Origin: an uncultured Armatimonadetes bacterium
Lineage (GTDB): Bacteria; Armatimonadota; UBA5829; DTJY01
DNA length: 64,000 nt
Direction: 5' to 3'
Assembly (NCBI GenBank): GCA_963717145.1
Contig: OY970325.1
Coordinates: forward strand, 288,001-352,000
Positions 20,294-31,122 of the stretch are shown piece by piece. Each line of letters opens with the position of its first letter. Within the stretch, counting starts at the first letter, position 1. The notes under the pieces were generated by a model. That model was not told the DNA's origin, searched no databases, and saw only the letters and a list, made by a program, of their open reading frames with translations. A program made the translations under genes and the position numbers.

Positions 20294-21211
20294 ATGTGTC
20301 GAAGAACCCTCGGTTTCCTCTTACTGATACTTCTGCTCGCAAGGGCCGCCACCGCAGGCGAAAACTGGCGTGTGACGCGTACAAGCCACTTCATTATCTA
20401 TTACGCAAATAAGTCCGCCTCGGTTGCATCCAAGACCGCTACATCTGCTGAAAAGTGGTATATTCGCCTGTCCGACAAGCTGGGGTTTTCCCCGGGCGGC
20501 GTGACGCCGGTCTACCTGTATCCTGATAGAGCCGCTTTCTCCGATGCAACTGGTGTCGGTCGAGCGGAGACCATAGTCGGCATTGCTCAGGCGCACGTCA
20601 TCCGAGTGGACGCATCAGGTGTATACGCCGACGTCGAGCAGATTCTTGCCCACGAGATGGTCCACGTCTTCATCGTCCGTCGGCTTCACGGGTACACCTC
20701 TCGTCTGCCACTATGGTTCCATGAGGGACTCGCACAATACCTTACTGACGACTGGAGCGAAGCGGATCAGCAGGTGCTGGGGGACGCGGTATCCAGCGGC
20801 GAAATCCGCGACCTCGCAAGCATCACTACGAGCTTTCCCAGGGATCAGAAGGGCAGGGAGATCGCCTACGCCGAGAGCTACTCGATCGTTGGGTACATCG
20901 CCCGCAGGTATACGCTCCAGGCCCTGCGGGACCTTGTGACCGAAACGAAACAAGGCAGGCCGTTCGATGTCGCATGCCTGTATAGCCTCGGCACGGAGCC
21001 CGATGTGCTCGAACGAGAGTGGAGGGACTCCCTCTCGAAGCAGTATGGCGTCCAGCGCTGGTTCCGGCTTGGGGCGGCGGTCATCTCGGCATTCATGGCC
21101 GTGTTCGGGATTCTGGCGTTCGCTGCACGGATTCGTCAGAAGCGCCGCCAGGCCCAGCAGTTCGAGGAGGAGCAGAAATCACGCTGGCGCGATGCCGATG
21201 ACCTCACGTAA
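20294..21211 (+). CDS. Peptidase MA-like (gluzincin) metallopeptidase with signal peptide and C-terminal TM anchor
   Basis: HEMVH followed by PLWFHEGLA, plus AYAES motif. Confidence 0.85.
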   Translation: MCRRTLGFLLLILLLARAATAGENWRVTRTSHFIIYYANKSASVASKTATSAEKWYIRLSDKLGFSPGGVTPVYLYPDRAAFSDATGVGRAETIVGIAQAHVIRVDASGVYADVEQILAHEMVHVFIVRRLHGYTSRLPLWFHEGLAQYLTDDWSEADQQVLGDAVSSGEIRDLASITTSFPRDQKGREIAYAESYSIVGYIARRYTLQALRDLVTETKQGRPFDVACLYSLGTEPDVLEREWRDSLSKQYGVQRWFRLGAAVISAFMAVFGILAFAARIRQKRRQAQQFEEEQKSRWRDADDLT

Positions 21212-21217
21212 GGTCCG

Positions 21218-23218
21218 TCACTCTGTCCCGGCCCGGGCCTCGATCAGCCGCCAGCTCATTCCATCGAATTCGATCGGAATGGACTCTCCCGTCAGCGTCA
21301 AAGGCTTCCCGCTGATGGCGTCAACGGCTGACAGCGCTCCCGACTTGAGGCCAAGCTTCGCTCGATCGAGAGTGATCGTCGTCGAAGCCGGCTCGCGCTT
21401 CAAGTGGCTTACGAAGATCAGCGCCTTTCCTTGCCTGGCGAACGCACTCGCCTTGACCGATCCATCACTCGACGTTACCCCGGATCCCTTCCAGTAAGGC
21501 AGCCACTTCGCCGAAGCGATTCCGAACCGATCGCATGCATTCCAGATCGGTGCAACAGCCTTCAGGGTGTCCAGACCGCCGGGCCTAACTTCGACGCCGT
21601 GCACCCAGGCCATCGCGATCGCTTCATCGAAGGTGAACGGATTGTTCACGTAACACAGGAACTCGGCGTCAATCCCGTGAGCCCAGCCCATGAACTCGGC
21701 GCGGAACGCATCGAGCGGTATCTCGACCTTGTCGGCGGACGTGTATCCCTGGTACTGCTCACCGTCCCAGTAGCTGTCGCAGAACGATAGGGTCGGCATC
21801 GTGAGACTGGCTGACATGTGTACGTCGAGAATCGCGTCCGGCCTGTGCTTACGGACGATGTCGGCGATTCGGCGCATCATGCTTCGAACCGACAGCACCG
21901 GGTAGGTATTCCGGATGACGCCGGCTTCATCTTTCCATCCGCAGCCGTGCGACTCGTTCTGACACCGCCACGCTTCGGAAGTCCCGTCGAAGTACAGCCC
22001 ATCGAGCTTGTAATCGGTGAACAGCTTGTCGATGCCCTTGACGAGCCATTCGCTCCAGGTGCTTCGGGCGCACGTGGCATCGAAGGACCGGAACTCGGCC
22101 TTGTAGTCGGGTACCCACGGGATGAGCGGCAGCACGGACCACTCGTCGTGATGCCCCTGGATCTCGGGCGCTGATCTGGCGACGCCGTAGCCGACATAGA
22201 CGAGCAGCTTCAGCCCTCGCTGGTGGCATGCATCGATCAGCTTGCGCAACTCCTCCGGATCCGGCGGCACGAGTTGCCCGTAGTATTCGGGCCACATGTC
22301 GTGGTAGACGACCGTCTTCACCCCGGCATCGCGGTACGCATCGAGAAGGATCTTCCCGTCCTGATCCGGCTCATCGCTCTCATAACTGATGTAGTGGCAT
22401 ATTCGAGCCTGCGATCGCCACTCGAACGAGACCGGCTTGACGGGAGTAGCCTGAAGCCCGAAGCGGATGTGCACCGGTGAGTCAATCGTTGCCTTGTGAT
22501 CGAGAAACGTTGTCGTGAAGAGGACCGTGTCGCCGTCGGTTCGAACGTGGAGCGCGTTGGTCGGCTCGTTCAGCCGCCAGCCCTCGTCCGATTCGCAGCA
22601 CCACGCCAGACCGCGATCTTCATCGCCGAGCCAGACGTACGGCATGAACTTCTGTCTCCACTTGCCGCCGTATTCCGGCAAGCCGCTCGTCAACTGGCCT
22701 CCCCACTCAAAACATGCAGCATGAATATATCGGGCCGATTCCGTCTTTCGTGGGATCTCGAGTCGAAGCGAGGTCAGCTCGATGGGTTTCTTCGGCGTGA
22801 GGGTGACGTCGTACCAGCAGAACCCGTCGCAGTCGCCCGTCATCCGCGCGCTGATCTCGAACCCATGCGACTCGCCGAGCCATTCCCAGGTCGCGGAGTC
22901 TGCGCCACCTTCTGTGACCTTTCCCTGGCCCTTGATGTCACTCATCGAGGCGGCCGGATCCGCTGTTATGCGGATAGGTGATGCGAGAAGGGGCTTACCG
23001 GCGGCTGTGATCTGCTGTGGGAGAAGCATCGCTCCGAGGCTCGTATCGCGTCCCAGGCAGCGAAACGACTTGGAGGTCGCTTTGACGGGCGTGTACGGCT
23101 TCGGGACAGCCGTCCATCCGGTGGATGACAGAGCGATCAACAGGATGCTCGTGGCGATGAGAGCCATGCGGAAAGGACATGTAAACATGCCATCATGTTC
23201 CAGCAGGTTCCGGTGCAT
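21218..23218 (-). CDS. Secreted glycoside hydrolase-like protein (DUF6067-like)
   Basis: PYVWLGDEDRGLAW, FGLQATPVKP, CHQRGLKLLVY, LDGLYFDG and SYWDGEQ motifs. Start position is uncertain. Confidence 0.7.
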   Translation of the reverse strand: MHRNLLEHDGMFTCPFRMALIATSILLIALSSTGWTAVPKPYTPVKATSKSFRCLGRDTSLGAMLLPQQITAAGKPLLASPIRITADPAASMSDIKGQGKVTEGGADSATWEWLGESHGFEISARMTGDCDGFCWYDVTLTPKKPIELTSLRLEIPRKTESARYIHAACFEWGGQLTSGLPEYGGKWRQKFMPYVWLGDEDRGLAWCCESDEGWRLNEPTNALHVRTDGDTVLFTTTFLDHKATIDSPVHIRFGLQATPVKPVSFEWRSQARICHYISYESDEPDQDGKILLDAYRDAGVKTVVYHDMWPEYYGQLVPPDPEELRKLIDACHQRGLKLLVYVGYGVARSAPEIQGHHDEWSVLPLIPWVPDYKAEFRSFDATCARSTWSEWLVKGIDKLFTDYKLDGLYFDGTSEAWRCQNESHGCGWKDEAGVIRNTYPVLSVRSMMRRIADIVRKHRPDAILDVHMSASLTMPTLSFCDSYWDGEQYQGYTSADKVEIPLDAFRAEFMGWAHGIDAEFLCYVNNPFTFDEAIAMAWVHGVEVRPGGLDTLKAVAPIWNACDRFGIASAKWLPYWKGSGVTSSDGSVKASAFARQGKALIFVSHLKREPASTTITLDRAKLGLKSGALSAVDAISGKPLTLTGESIPIEFDGMSWRLIEARAGTE

Positions 23219-23253
23219 TCCTTCCGGCTATTCAAAGGCATCTCCATGCCGCC

Positions 23254-23817
23254 CTATATCAGTGGCATGGAGATGATCTCGTCGCCGGTCTCCAAGTCGA
23301 TGATTGCCACCTTGCCATCCTGGATCAATCCCACAGTTGGCGTGAGGACGCCGTTCCGCTCGAGCTTGGGATGTGCGGGACTCCCGGGGTTGACGTGAAT
23401 CATGCCGCCGATCCGCTCTACTGCGGGCAAGTGAGTATGACCGGTGACGAGCAGATCGGTCTGTCCACGCTCAGCCAATCGGCGAATCGATTCCGGGGTC
23501 AGGGTGTGGCCGTGACTCACTGCAATCCTCAGACCGCCGGATTGCACGAAGGCATACGGCGAAAGCACCGGTATATCGAGCAGCTCCTCGTAGACCTCAG
23601 CGTCGCAGTTGCCCCTCGCCAGCACGATGGGAATGGGGCATGCGTTCAGCAACTCGACCAGCCCGGGGACGTCGTACCCGGGCCGGCGCCCGAGCCTCGG
23701 GGGATGGTAGAGGATATCTCCCGCATGGATGATGAGATCCGCGCCCGCGAACCTGACCATCGCCTTGTGCCACGCCGGAACGTTGCCATGTGTATCGCTT
23801 ATGATACCAATCTTCAT
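23254..23817 (-). CDS. yfcE: Metallophosphoesterase, YfcE-type phosphodiesterase
   Basis: SDTHG, HAGDILYH, ARGNCD, SHGH, GHTH and NPGS motifs. Confidence 0.88.
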   Translation of the reverse strand: MKIGIISDTHGNVPAWHKAMVRFAGADLIIHAGDILYHPPRLGRRPGYDVPGLVELLNACPIPIVLARGNCDAEVYEELLDIPVLSPYAFVQSGGLRIAVSHGHTLTPESIRRLAERGQTDLLVTGHTHLPAVERIGGMIHVNPGSPAHPKLERNGVLTPTVGLIQDGKVAIIDLETGDEIISMPLI

Positions 23818-23835
23818 CCGATCGTCTCGTCCCGG

Positions 23836-26800
23836 CTAGTGGAAGGTTATCGACAGGTTGTCTATGCCGGTGTGCAGCCAGTATCCCTTCCACGGCTGCA
23901 GCAGCGTTGTGTCCGCATAGTCGTCGTCGAGGCCCAGGGTCATGATGTTGCTGCCATTGTTGTCCCACCAGTAGCAGATGGTGTTCAGCCAACCAAGGTT
24001 CCTCGCCGTGGAGATCGGTCGTGTATACAGACCTTGGCTCACCGTAACCATGTTCCAGTCCTTGGGTCCCATGAACGGGCAGCCGATGATGTACCACCCG
24101 GCTCTGGGAAGGGCAATGGTACGCTCGGTCTGGGGCGCTACGTCGGCCGGTTCGTAGCTGATGGTCGAGGGCACCGGTGTCCAGAGCCAGTAGCCGTCGT
24201 CTATGCTTACATCGCCGAAATCCGACGGACTGTACTGCGAATAGATGATCAGGTTTTGGGTGGCGCCATCCCGGCGATACAGAGTGCCATCGATATCGAT
24301 CCCCTGGAAGACAACGAGAGGATTGGGGTCCGCGGGCTGGGCCGGAAGGCTAAGCAGGTTCCATCCTGCGGTAACCATGCCGGGCGGAGACGTCAACATG
24401 CCCGACTCGATCGCCGCATCCTTTCGGAGCACGTCGCCCGCCGAGAGTTCGAGTCCACCGAACGCCTTAGGCCCGTAGCCCTCCTTGCTGATCGCCACTC
24501 TGTAGATCCCCGGGGGCAGGTCAAGGAACGCGTACGTGCCTGTGGCATCGGTGCGAGTCGTTCTTTCGACCGGCCCTCTGATCGTTACGGACGCTTTGTA
24601 TATCCAATTGCGGTAGATCGGATGGTTCGGCTCAGCTACATCCGTGATCGTCCCGAAGATGATTCCTGTTGTCGGTTGATCCTTCCATGGCATGTCGGGG
24701 ATCGGCGCCGGCTGGCTGAACAGGTCCGCCGTGACGGCATCGAAGAAGGCCCCCGCCGGTTGACCATCCTTGTTGGTCACGGCGTAGCTGTACGCACACA
24801 GTCCGTCGCACCCGGAGTTGCGCGAGTAGGTCATCTGATCGATACTCGCAGAGATCGAGTTCATGTAGATGCCCTGTCCATCGACTGCAAGCCTTCCGGA
24901 TGAGCCTGCCGCTCTGGGCAGCCAGTTCGCCCATTCGCGATAGCTCGCCTTCTGGACTGTGTTGTACTCGCGCTTGTAGTTCATGAGGATGTTGATGTCA
25001 ATGATATGCTGATTCATCCAGCCACGGGCATCCTGGAAGACGCCGGCATACTGGGGCGTGCGTTCGTACTCCGTATTGGGATCCGCGCCGTCCCAGCCAA
25101 CGGTATCGACCGACATCTTGATCCGCGGGTTCAGGTACATGGCCTCGACGTAGCACTTCGTCAGCAGATCGGTGACCTGCTGCCTTCGATAATCGCACCA
25201 GACCTGCCAGTTCGCAGAGGGGTTGCTGCCATCCTCGCCCACAGGCGAGGTCGGGGGATAGTAGCCGTGCTCGTACTGGAAGCGCCACCTGACGTACTGG
25301 TTGTAGCCCCAGTTCGTGCCGGGATAGCGCACATAGTCGAAGTTGATGCCGTCCAGCGTCTGGTACTGGCCGACGATGTCCTTCACGATGTTGGCGATAT
25401 AATCCTGAACGCCCGGAACACCGGGGTCGATGTTCAGGCTGTTGCCTTCCTGATAGCCGCCTCCTGAGGTCCTCATCGACCAGTCCTCGGCGGATTCCGG
25501 CCCGTGTTCAGCCCAGACGTGTCCCGCCTCAGCATCCGGATAAGTGAGAAACCATGCCCGGTAGGTCACGATCCACGCATGGACCTCGATCCCCTTGGCG
25601 TGTGCCTTGTCGATTAGATCCTGGAGCGGGTCGTATGCCCCCTCAGGCGGCGTTATATTCGTGCCCCATGGCTCGTATTGGGAAATGTAGTAGGCATCCC
25701 CCGCCTTCCTGACCTCCACCACGATGGCGTTGTAGTTGGCGGCGGAGACCTTATTCACGAACGCAGTCGTCTCTTCAGCGCTGAGGAAGCCGTTGTGCCA
25801 AGTGTCAGCCCAGATCATGCGGTATTCCGGGGCGGTGGACGAGGTGGCGAATGTGTGATCCTCGGAAACCGTCGTATTCCCGGCGCCGTCCGTGGACTTG
25901 ACCCGGAAGTGATAGAGCGTATCGGTCAGCAGACCTTCGAGGGTCACGCTGTGCAGGGTGACGAGGTTTACGTCAAGGGGCGATTCGGAGCCGTAGTCTG
26001 TCGTGATCCCATACTCCACCTGGGAGTTGGCCGGCTCGTTCGTTTTCCACCTCACGATGGCCGAGTCCATGCGCCTGGACACGGATATCTCGGAGATGAC
26101 GGGCGGCGTCTCATCAGGGCCTCCGGTGGTGAAGTAGAATGGCCCCACGTTGATCTCATTCGACTCGGCGTCCTTGGATACCACACAGTAGGTGTAGGTC
26201 GTGTCTGGATCGAGTCCCGTTATCACGACTCTGTGGTCCGTTACGAGTTCTGAGTCGAGTGGGGTCTGCGAGGTGTAGCCCCCGATGCCGTATCCGACCA
26301 GCGATGTTGCAGGCTCATCTGTGACCCAGGTGATGACGACCGAGTTGGATCCCGGGTCGGCGCTGACCTCTGATATCACCGGTGGAGTAACATCGGCCGA
26401 CTTCGTCGTGAACCAATATACTCCCTTGGTGACGCAGTTTCGGCGCGCGTCACAAGACACAACCGCGTAGTAGTATTTCGTATCCGGCAGCAGGTTCGTC
26501 AGAGTGACGGAGTGATCCGTTACCAGCGTTATGTCTTCGACCGTCTCGCCGGTCGGAGGATTGGATGTTCCGTAGCGCACCTGAGATGTTGCCGGCTCGT
26601 CGGTCACCCAGGTGATGACGCAGGTACGCGATCCGGGATCAGCCTTCACCGTGTACGTCTTGGGTGGAGCGATATCGAGCGCCTTGGTGGTGAACGTGTG
26701 ATCGCTGGATACAGAGGTGTTCCCCGAGTCGTCGGTCGAGATCACGCGATAGTGGTAATCTGTCTCCGGCAGCAGGTTCGGAATGAGCACGCTGTGGTCC

Positions 26801-28026
26801 ATGACCAGTTCCAGATCCTCTGTCGTGATGTTTCCGTACGATGACGTCGGACCGTACTCCACCTGTGATGTCGAATTCTCGTTGGTGTGCCAGGTTATCA
26901 GTACCGAGTTGGTCTCCGGGTATGCCGTCTCCTCGCTGATCTCGGGTGGAGTTGTATCCAGTGGGGTAGTGGTGAACGCCACGTCGTCGGACACGCCAGT
27001 GTTGCCCGCTCCATCGAGCGATTGCGCCCTGAGGTGGTACCCGGTCGAGGGCTCGAGCCCCCTGATGGTCACATGGTGATAGGTGATGAGTCTGGTGTCC
27101 AGCACGCTGGAGCTGCCATATGAGGTTGTTTCGCCATAGCTCACCAGAGTATCAGCCGGTTCATCCGTCAGCCAGGTGACGACCACGGATCTGGCGCCGG
27201 GCACTACGGTCAGGCCGGAAATCAGTGGCGGAAACTTGTCTTCTCCCTCCAGACGGAACGTGTGGTCGGGAGAAATCGCAGAGTTGCCCACTGCGTCGGT
27301 GGAGTGAATCCTGAAGTGGTAGAGTGTCAGCGGATCGAGTCCCGTGATGCTCACCGAGTGCTGCGTGACGTCAGCGTTGTCCAGGGTGGTCAGGTTGCCG
27401 TAGCCGATGGTAGTTCCGTACTCGACCTGCGAGTCAGCGGGTTCGTCGGTATCCCAGGTGATCACAGCCGATTCCGAGCCCGCGACGACCTGCACGTTCG
27501 AGATGATCGGAGGCGACTGGTCGCCGCCGTGGGAATAGAATCGAACCGCATCTGCGACAACGATCTTGTTGATATCCGGGCCATTGTTCGTTATCTGAAC
27601 GTAGTTGCCGGTCCCGGGGTTCATGTCATACGTTCCCAGGAAGACCCACGTGCCGCCGTTCTGCTGCTGATTGACTTGCAGGACGGTGTCAGGCTCGGTT
27701 CCGGCATGGTGCACCGTGACGTTGGCGCGCACCGTCCTGTCCATTCCAGCCGGGTACCAGATGTAGACCTCCCACTGCATGCCTGTCGCCCCCAGGTCCG
27801 GGGTGAAGGTCACCGAGTTGCCGTTTCCAGGGCTCTGACTGCAGTAGAGGTAGCTGTCGCCCTTCTTGGCGCTCGACGAGGTGCCCGTCGTCCAAGTGCC
27901 CGTCACACTGATCCATTCGGAGTTCACCTTGTCATCGATGATTATGTCGTTGGCCATCACTGCCGGTGACAGCAGTGCCACGACAAGCGCCGTTATCAGG
28001 ACGAACCTCGGCCGTAGGACTTGCAT
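23836..28026 (-). CDS. Secreted GHL10 (DUF187) glycosyl hydrolase-like protein: golvesin/Xly-CBM-like domain, six FN3-like repeats, GHL10, carboxypeptidase-regulatory-like domain and shared Trp-rich C-terminal domain
   Basis: ATG 28026 after GAGGAGG, signal peptide. Six PPxIS...ITWxTDEPA repeats. YDPL...AHAKGIEVHAW, IDPGVP and DGINFDYVRY motifs. Confidence 0.87.
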   Translation of the reverse strand: MQVLRPRFVLITALVVALLSPAVMANDIIIDDKVNSEWISVTGTWTTGTSSSAKKGDSYLYCSQSPGNGNSVTFTPDLGATGMQWEVYIWYPAGMDRTVRANVTVHHAGTEPDTVLQVNQQQNGGTWVFLGTYDMNPGTGNYVQITNNGPDINKIVVADAVRFYSHGGDQSPPIISNVQVVAGSESAVITWDTDEPADSQVEYGTTIGYGNLTTLDNADVTQHSVSITGLDPLTLYHFRIHSTDAVGNSAISPDHTFRLEGEDKFPPLISGLTVVPGARSVVVTWLTDEPADTLVSYGETTSYGSSSVLDTRLITYHHVTIRGLEPSTGYHLRAQSLDGAGNTGVSDDVAFTTTPLDTTPPEISEETAYPETNSVLITWHTNENSTSQVEYGPTSSYGNITTEDLELVMDHSVLIPNLLPETDYHYRVISTDDSGNTSVSSDHTFTTKALDIAPPKTYTVKADPGSRTCVITWVTDEPATSQVRYGTSNPPTGETVEDITLVTDHSVTLTNLLPDTKYYYAVVSCDARRNCVTKGVYWFTTKSADVTPPVISEVSADPGSNSVVITWVTDEPATSLVGYGIGGYTSQTPLDSELVTDHRVVITGLDPDTTYTYCVVSKDAESNEINVGPFYFTTGGPDETPPVISEISVSRRMDSAIVRWKTNEPANSQVEYGITTDYGSESPLDVNLVTLHSVTLEGLLTDTLYHFRVKSTDGAGNTTVSEDHTFATSSTAPEYRMIWADTWHNGFLSAEETTAFVNKVSAANYNAIVVEVRKAGDAYYISQYEPWGTNITPPEGAYDPLQDLIDKAHAKGIEVHAWIVTYRAWFLTYPDAEAGHVWAEHGPESAEDWSMRTSGGGYQEGNSLNIDPGVPGVQDYIANIVKDIVGQYQTLDGINFDYVRYPGTNWGYNQYVRWRFQYEHGYYPPTSPVGEDGSNPSANWQVWCDYRRQQVTDLLTKCYVEAMYLNPRIKMSVDTVGWDGADPNTEYERTPQYAGVFQDARGWMNQHIIDINILMNYKREYNTVQKASYREWANWLPRAAGSSGRLAVDGQGIYMNSISASIDQMTYSRNSGCDGLCAYSYAVTNKDGQPAGAFFDAVTADLFSQPAPIPDMPWKDQPTTGIIFGTITDVAEPNHPIYRNWIYKASVTIRGPVERTTRTDATGTYAFLDLPPGIYRVAISKEGYGPKAFGGLELSAGDVLRKDAAIESGMLTSPPGMVTAGWNLLSLPAQPADPNPLVVFQGIDIDGTLYRRDGATQNLIIYSQYSPSDFGDVSIDDGYWLWTPVPSTISYEPADVAPQTERTIALPRAGWYIIGCPFMGPKDWNMVTVSQGLYTRPISTARNLGWLNTICYWWDNNGSNIMTLGLDDDYADTTLLQPWKGYWLHTGIDNLSITFH

Positions 28027-28139
28027 TCGTGTACCTCCTCGCTCTCGATCGAAGGAACGGACGTGATGAATCGAGTGGCCCGCATCGCCGGGCGGTGGCG
28101 GCGCGGGACCACTCGATGGAAAGTCACGCAATCATCACC

Positions 28140-30873
28140 CTACTGCAGGGTGAGCGTTATGTCATTAACGTAGGTCTGCACCCAGTAGCCGTGCCATGGC
28201 CTGATGATGTTCCAGGCAACGAAGTCCTCCGGTAGACCGAAGTCCACCAGGCTCTGAGTCTCCGCATCCCACCAGTAGCCGGTGGAATTCATCCAGTTGT
28301 TGGTCTGAGCGGCCGTGAGTATGGTCACCGTCTCAGCGCCATGCTTGACCGTGGTATCCGCCCACTGTCTGTCGGTCTCGAACGGGCAGCCCATGATCGC
28401 CCATCCTGCTGTGGGCAGAGGAATGTCGTGGGAGCTGCCGCTGCTCGGATTCGCCTCGTACGAAATCGTCCCGGCAGAGGCTGCTTGCAGCCAGTAGCCG
28501 TTTTCGATATCCATGTTGCCGAACTGCTCGGGACTCCATGTGTCGTAGATGAGGAGGCTCTGCGTCGGGTTGTCCCACCTGTAGAGCGCGCCGTCTATGC
28601 TGATTCCGCTGAGCACAACCGCCGGATCGGGGTTCACCGGCTGAAGTGGAAGGCTGATCAGACTCCAACCGTTGACAAGCACGCCGGCCGGGGATGTCTT
28701 GGTCACAGTTCCGAGCGCGACGTCCTTCCTGACCATCTGGCCTGCGCTCACCGATACGGCAGTGATCACCTGTGTCGGGAATCCGGTCTTGCTGATTGTG
28801 ACAGCGTAGGTTCCCGGCGTCAGATCGAGGAATCCGTATGTGCCAGTGGCGTCAGTCTGAGTGCTGCTGATCTCGGGGCCGCTCAGGGAGACTGTCGCCT
28901 TGTAGATCCAGTCTGCGTAAATCGGATCGTTGGGGGTCGATGCGTCCGTCACCGTTCCGAAGATCACGCCATTGGTAGGCTGAGTTTTCCAGGTCATCTC
29001 AGGTACGGGGACGTATTCCGGATAGACCTGGCTCTCCACGGTGCCGAAGAATAAGGGGGGATCCAGCACCGGAGGGCTGACGTGGGGAACCGCGTAGCTA
29101 TAGTTGCACATGCCACCATTGCCTGTCGATCGGCTATAGAGCATCTGAGTGACCGTATCTGCTATCGAGTTCAGATATGCGCCGTTTCCGTCAACAGAGA
29201 ATCTGCCGCTGGTGTCGCCGAGGTTGGCCAGGTAGTCGCTCCATATGCGGAAGTCCGGACCCTGTGCGGCATCGAACTCTCGCTTGTAGTTCATCTGGAC
29301 CGTCATATCGACTATGTGGTCGAGCATCCACTGCTTGCCGTTCTGATAGACATCGGCATACTGGCGGGTTCCCTCGAAGCTCGTGTTCGGGTTGCCCTGC
29401 GACCATGCGACCGTGTCTACCGAAACGTTGATCGTCGGGTTGATATAGGTTGCCTCCAGCCAAATCTTCTTCATGAGATCGCTGACCTGCTGCCTGCGAT
29501 AGTCGCACCAGGTGCTCCAACCGGCGCCTGCACTCGTGGTCGGCGGCATGTATCCATACTCGTCGAAGAAGCGCTGCATGGTGAGTTCGTTATATCCCCA
29601 TGTGGTGCCGGGATATCGAATGTAGTCGAAGTTGACACCGTCCATCGTCGGGTATTTCGACACGCAGTCTGTGACGACCTTGCAGAGATAGTCCTGCACG
29701 CCCGGAACGCCTGGATCGAGGTTCCAACTGGTGCCATCAGTGATGCTTCCGGTATTGGTCTTCATTGCCCACTCAGGATGCAGTGTCCAGACATGATTCG
29801 CGGGCGGGGCGGGCCAGTTATTCCTCCAGACCCGATATGCTACGAACCAGCCATGTACCTCGATGCCTTGCGCATGACACTTGGTCAGCATGTCCGCAAG
29901 TGGATCATAGGCGCCGCCACCCGGGCTGATGTTGGTTGCCCAGGGCTCGTAGGCCGAGTTATAGTAGGCGTCTCCTGATTTTCTGATCTCAGGGATCAGC
30001 ACATTGTAATTGGCCGCTGCCATCGTATTAACGAGGTTTGTCGTCTCCGCTTCAGTCAGGAAGCCGTTGTGCCATGTGTCGGCCCAGATCGCACGGACCT
30101 CGGGGACTGGAGGGGCGGTCGTGAACTGATAGTCGCCGGAAGCTGCCGGATTCCCCGAGCCATCGTCGGATTTGACGCGAAAATGAAACAGCGTCTGGGA
30201 TGTCAACCCCGAAACGGTGACAGAGTGGCTGGTAACCAGACCGGTATCCTTGGTCGTCTGGCTGCCATACCCCGCGGTCAGGCCGTACTCGACCTGCGAG
30301 GTAGCGGCCTCATCGGTGGTCCAGGTGATGATCGCGCTGTTCACACCCGGAGCCGAGGACACGCCACTGATCACCGGCGGAGTTGTATCGCCCGCGGTGA
30401 CCGAATAGAAGCGCATCGCGTCCGCGATTGCCCTTCTTGTTCCGCTGGCGGCGTAATTCGTGATGCGGGTGTAGTTTCCCGTGCCCGCATTCATCGTGTA
30501 CGCACCAACCAATACCCACATGCCCTGGTTTGCGTTCTGGGGTATGATGACGGTCGTATCCCCCAGCGGCGTGGTGCGTAATGAACTGCGTTCCCTGAGA
30601 TGATTGACTCACTGTTGGGAACCAGGTGTACACCTGCCAATCACTCGCCGTGGACGGTATGTTCGGCGTATACGTGGCAGTAGCCGATCCCGAGCTGCTC
30701 TGGTTGACGTACCGGTAGTCCGCCCCATACTTGTTCGTGGCGCTGGTCGCCGTGACCCAGGTGCCCGCAAATACAGCACTCGGATTGTCCACGATCACTT
30801 CCTGTGATGCTGTTGCCGGGACAACCAGGCCTATCAGCAACACAGCCAGGATGACCCACATTCCAGTCTTCAT
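28140..30873 (-). CDS. GHL10 paralogue 2 (golvesin-like, one FN3, GHL10, shared CTD), frameshift in a G run at ~30560
   Basis: MKTGMWVILAVLLIGLVVPATA signal peptide in ORF 30310..31005 joins ORF 28140..30521 by removing one G. DGVNFDYIRY motif. Confidence 0.85.
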
Positions 30874-31122
30874 AATGCGATTCCTCCACTCCCTTGATAT
30901 TGAAGCTCCACTCTCAAAGCGTATCAACGAGAGGTCAAGAGCGTAATGACCTCCCTGTGCGGGGTTAACCATCAACAATACAGACGCATGCCCATCATTG
31001 AGCATACTGCAAGATTGGTGCCAGTTACGCCGTTTTGCCCGCTATCAGGTAATCTCATAAGGTTACCCGACCTGCTGTCCCCTGCAGTAAAGACGTGCGA
31101 GCGTCACATCCGTTTCCTGTTC

